Origin: a bacterium
GTDB lineage: Bacteria; UBA10199; DSSB01
Direction: 5' to 3'
Length of the DNA stretch: 27,780 nucleotides
Assembly (NCBI GenBank): GCA_031972375.1
Contig: DALYEU010000017.1
Coordinates: 9,476 to 37,255, forward strand
The position numbers and the translations under genes are program-made. Below the pieces are notes generated by a model, which searched no databases, was not told the DNA's origin, and saw nothing but the letters and a program-made list of their open reading frames with translations. This document shows positions 25,349-27,780 of the stretch, piece after piece (position 1 is the stretch's first letter; every line of letters starts with the position of its first letter).

Positions 25349-27780
25349 ATGTCCGAGTCCGCGGAAGTGCTTCCAGTCAATATTGAAGACGAGATGCGGG
25401 ATGCTTATTTGGATTATTCGATGAGCGTTATCGTAGGCCGCGCTCTTCCCGATGTCCGCGATGGGCTCAAACCGGTGCATCGAAGAATTCTCTACGCTAT
25501 GTTTCGCGAGGGACTCCTCAGCAGTAAGCGTTTCAGTAAGTGCGCGGGTGTGGTGGGTGAGGTTCTCAAAAAATATCATCCCCATGGTGATTCTGCGGTC
25601 TACGATGCCTTAGTGCGCATGGCTCAAGGTTGGAATTTGCGCTATCCCCTCATCGAAGGTCAGGGTAATTTTGGATCTATCGATGGAGATCCTCCAGCGG
25701 CCTATCGTTATACCGAAGCGCGTCTGATGAAAGTCGCCGAAGAAATGTTGGCCGATATCGATAAAGATACCGTCGATTTTTCCCCCAACTTCGATGACTC
25801 CACTCAAGAGCCCATGGTGTTGCCCACCCGGATTCCCAACTTACTTATCAATGGTTCCGATGGAATTGCCGTGGGTATGGCCACCAAGGTACCTCCGCAT
25901 AATTTACGGGAGGTCATTCGAGCCCTTTTGACTTTGATTGAAAATCCACGTTTGTCTCTGGAAGAAGTTTTAAAAATCATTCCAGGTCCCGATTTCCCCA
26001 CGGCGGGTTTTATCAGTGGCCGTGAGGGAATTCGTCAGGCCTACACTACAGGGCGAGGCATCATTCAAATGCGGGCACGGGCTTTGGTGGAGCCCATCGC
26101 CAAGGGGGATCGTGATTCCATTGTGATTTCTGAAATTCCCTATCAAGTGAACAAGGCTAAATTGATCGAGCAAATTGCTTATTTAGTTCGCGATGGTAGG
26201 GTCGAGGGTATCGCCGACTTGCGCGACGAGTCCGATAAGGACGGAATTCGCGTCGTGGTGGAGTTGAAGAAAAATGCTAATTCCAGTGTCGTGCTCAATC
26301 AGCTCTATAAGCACACCGCCATGGCCAGTAGTTATGGGATCATCCTATTGGCCATTGTCCATGGACAGCCCCGTATTTTGAATTTGCTCGAGTTGTTGCA
26401 ACTTTTTCTCGACCATCGAAAAGAAGTCGTAACGCGGCGAACGCTGTTTGAATTGCGTAAAGCCGAAGAGCGCGCCCATCTGTTAGAAGGCTTAAAAATC
26501 GCTGTAGAAAATATCGACGAAGTTGTCGCGTTAATCAAGCGGTCCAAAACCCCTCCCGAGGCCAAAGTGGGTTTGATGGAGCGTTTTGGTTTAAGCGAGG
26601 TTCAGGCCCAGGCCATTTTGGAGATGCGTTTACAACGCTTAACAGGTTTGGAGCGCGATAAAATCATCCAAGAATATGAAGAAGTTTTGCAGTTGATTCA
26701 AAAGCTCAAGGAGATTTTGGGCAGTGAAAAATTAATCTTCAAAATCATTTCTGACGAGCTTGAGGAGATCCAAAAGAAATTTGGTGACGAACGGCGCACT
26801 GAGATTACGGGTGCGCAGCAAGAACTTAGTGTTGAAGATCTGATTCAAGAAGAAGACATGGTAGTGACGATTTCTCACCATGGTTACATTAAGCGCAATG
26901 CGGTGAGTTTATATCGTGCTCAGCGGCGCGGAGGAAGGGGCAAAACGGGCATGGTGACCCGTGACGAAGACTTCGTCGAAAATTTATTCATCGCTTCCAC
27001 CCATCATTATCTCTTGGTGTTTTCAACTTGGGGAAGGCTTTATTGGGTTAAGGTTCATGAGTTGCCCCAAGCGGGGCTTACGGCCAAAGGAAAGGCCATC
27101 GTCAATCTCTGTTCGTTTTCTCCCGAAGAGGGTGTGGCGGCGGTATTGCCCATCAGGGAATTTCAGGAGGGGAAATACGTGGTGATGTGTACCCGCAAGG
27201 GGGTCATCAAAAAGACGGAGTTAATGGCCTTCAGTAACCCCCGTGTCGGAGGCATTATCGCCCTCTCCATCGATGAAGGAGACCAGCTTATCTCCGTAGC
27301 TTTGACGGGTGGTCAAGATGATCTGTTTCTCGGTACCGCCGAAGGGCAGACCATTCGATTTCATGAAGATGGGGTTCGTGCGATGGGGCGAACCGCCCGT
27401 GGAGTTCGGGGAATTCAATTGGCCGAGGAGGACAGTGTGGTGGGAATGGAGGTTATCAATGCCGATGCCGCCATTCTTACGGTATCCGCAAAGGGTTTGG
27501 GGAAACGTACTCTGTGTGACGAGTATCGGGTTCAAGGGCGTGCGGGATCCGGGATCATCACCATGAAAGTGACCGAAAAAACCGGTCGGGTGGTGGCGCT
27601 TAAGCAAGTGACCGAAAAAGATGAGGTCATGCTCATCACCAACAGTGGAAAAATCATTCGTATGGAAGTGAAAAATATCTCCTTGATTGGGAGAAATACC
27701 CAAGGAGTCCGCCTCATCAATCTCGAAGAAGGAGAGTCGGTGAGCGCCGTCGCGAAGGTCGCGGAGGGCGAGGAGGAGGG
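25349..27780 (+). CDS. gyrA: DNA gyrase subunit A, 5' 810 codons; the ORF runs off the window's right edge
   Basis: [50 protein letters not shown], the active-site Tyr region [10 protein letters not shown], and GyrA-box-like C-terminal beta-pinwheel repeats. An acidic tail (EGEEE) begins at the window end. SD AAGGAGA with an 8-nt spacer. Absent from the ORF track only because it has no stop inside the window. Confidence 0.95.
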   Translation, partial: MSESAEVLPVNIEDEMRDAYLDYSMSVIVGRALPDVRDGLKPVHRRILYAMFREGLLSSKRFSKCAGVVGEVLKKYHPHGDSAVYDALVRMAQGWNLRYPLIEGQGNFGSIDGDPPAAYRYTEARLMKVAEEMLADIDKDTVDFSPNFDDSTQEPMVLPTRIPNLLINGSDGIAVGMATKVPPHNLREVIRALLTLIENPRLSLEEVLKIIPGPDFPTAGFISGREGIRQAYTTGRGIIQMRARALVEPIAKGDRDSIVISEIPYQVNKAKLIEQIAYLVRDGRVEGIADLRDESDKDGIRVVVELKKNANSSVVLNQLYKHTAMASSYGIILLAIVHGQPRILNLLELLQLFLDHRKEVVTRRTLFELRKAEERAHLLEGLKIAVENIDEVVALIKRSKTPPEAKVGLMERFGLSEVQAQAILEMRLQRLTGLERDKIIQEYEEVLQLIQKLKEILGSEKLIFKIISDELEEIQKKFGDERRTEITGAQQELSVEDLIQEEDMVVTISHHGYIKRNAVSLYRAQRRGGRGKTGMVTRDEDFVENLFIASTHHYLLVFSTWGRLYWVKVHELPQAGLTAKGKAIVNLCSFSPEEGVAAVLPIREFQEGKYVVMCTRKGVIKKTELMAFSNPRVGGIIALSIDEGDQLISVALTGGQDDLFLGTAEGQTIRFHEDGVRAMGRTARGVRGIQLAEEDSVVGMEVINADAAILTVSAKGLGKRTLCDEYRVQGRAGSGIITMKVTEKTGRVVALKQVTEKDEVMLITNSGKIIRMEVKNISLIGRNTQGVRLINLEEGESVSAVAKVAEGEEE

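Noticed and set aside
1-27780. CRISPR arrays, tRNA/rRNA genes, IS elements, integrases, prophage genes
   Set aside because: No regularly spaced direct repeats, no tRNA-like cloverleaf signatures (e.g. GTTCGAATC T-loop boxes in an intergenic context), and no transposase or integrase-like ORFs were seen. The composition is uniform across the window.

Overview
This 27.8-kb chromosomal window is densely coding and reads like housekeeping DNA with a strong iron / Fe-S theme. No tRNA, rRNA, CRISPR array, IS element or integrase was seen. The ORF track translates every first codon as M, and several of its starts are really GTG/TTG or upstream extensions. I re-set those to the ATG that has a Shine-Dalgarno and agrees with known family N-termini.

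Gene order, left to right:
- a membrane protein fragment at the window edge
- fumC (class II, iron-independent fumarase) on the minus strand, preceded on the same strand by a CheY-like receiver
- diverging from these, a cytoplasmic PAS-GAF histidine kinase, then an Rcp1-like single-domain receiver, then a 1000-aa Trp-rich protein with no recognisable domain
- a YceI-like lipoprotein and a DUF983 zinc-ribbon membrane protein
- nfuA, a YneI/Sad-type succinate-semialdehyde dehydrogenase, and a YjbQ/UPF0047 protein
- a complete minus-strand SUF operon in the order rrf2, sufB, sufC, sufD, sufS, sufU, sufT(DUF59), with most gene junctions overlapping by 1-4 nt
- directly upstream on the same strand, a two-gene family-1 encapsulin operon: an encapsulated ferritin (EncFtn) carrying a canonical C-terminal targeting peptide, then the Linocin-M18-type shell protein, joined by an ATGA overlap
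- an alpha/beta hydrolase, a PLD-type cardiolipin synthase and a long acyl-CoA dehydrogenase
- HU (minus strand) and the 5' 810 codons of gyrA

The points most worth a second look:
- the encapsulin/EncFtn iron-storage compartment sitting next to the Fe-S regulator and the SUF machinery
- a thrice-repeated TAGTCGTATA motif in the rrf2-suf control region, including a GACT-N5-AGTC palindrome that looks like an operator
- the 1000-aa orphan protein that appears to be the output of the PAS-GAF two-component module
- a perfect 13-bp inverted repeat between the acyl-CoA dehydrogenase and HU genes
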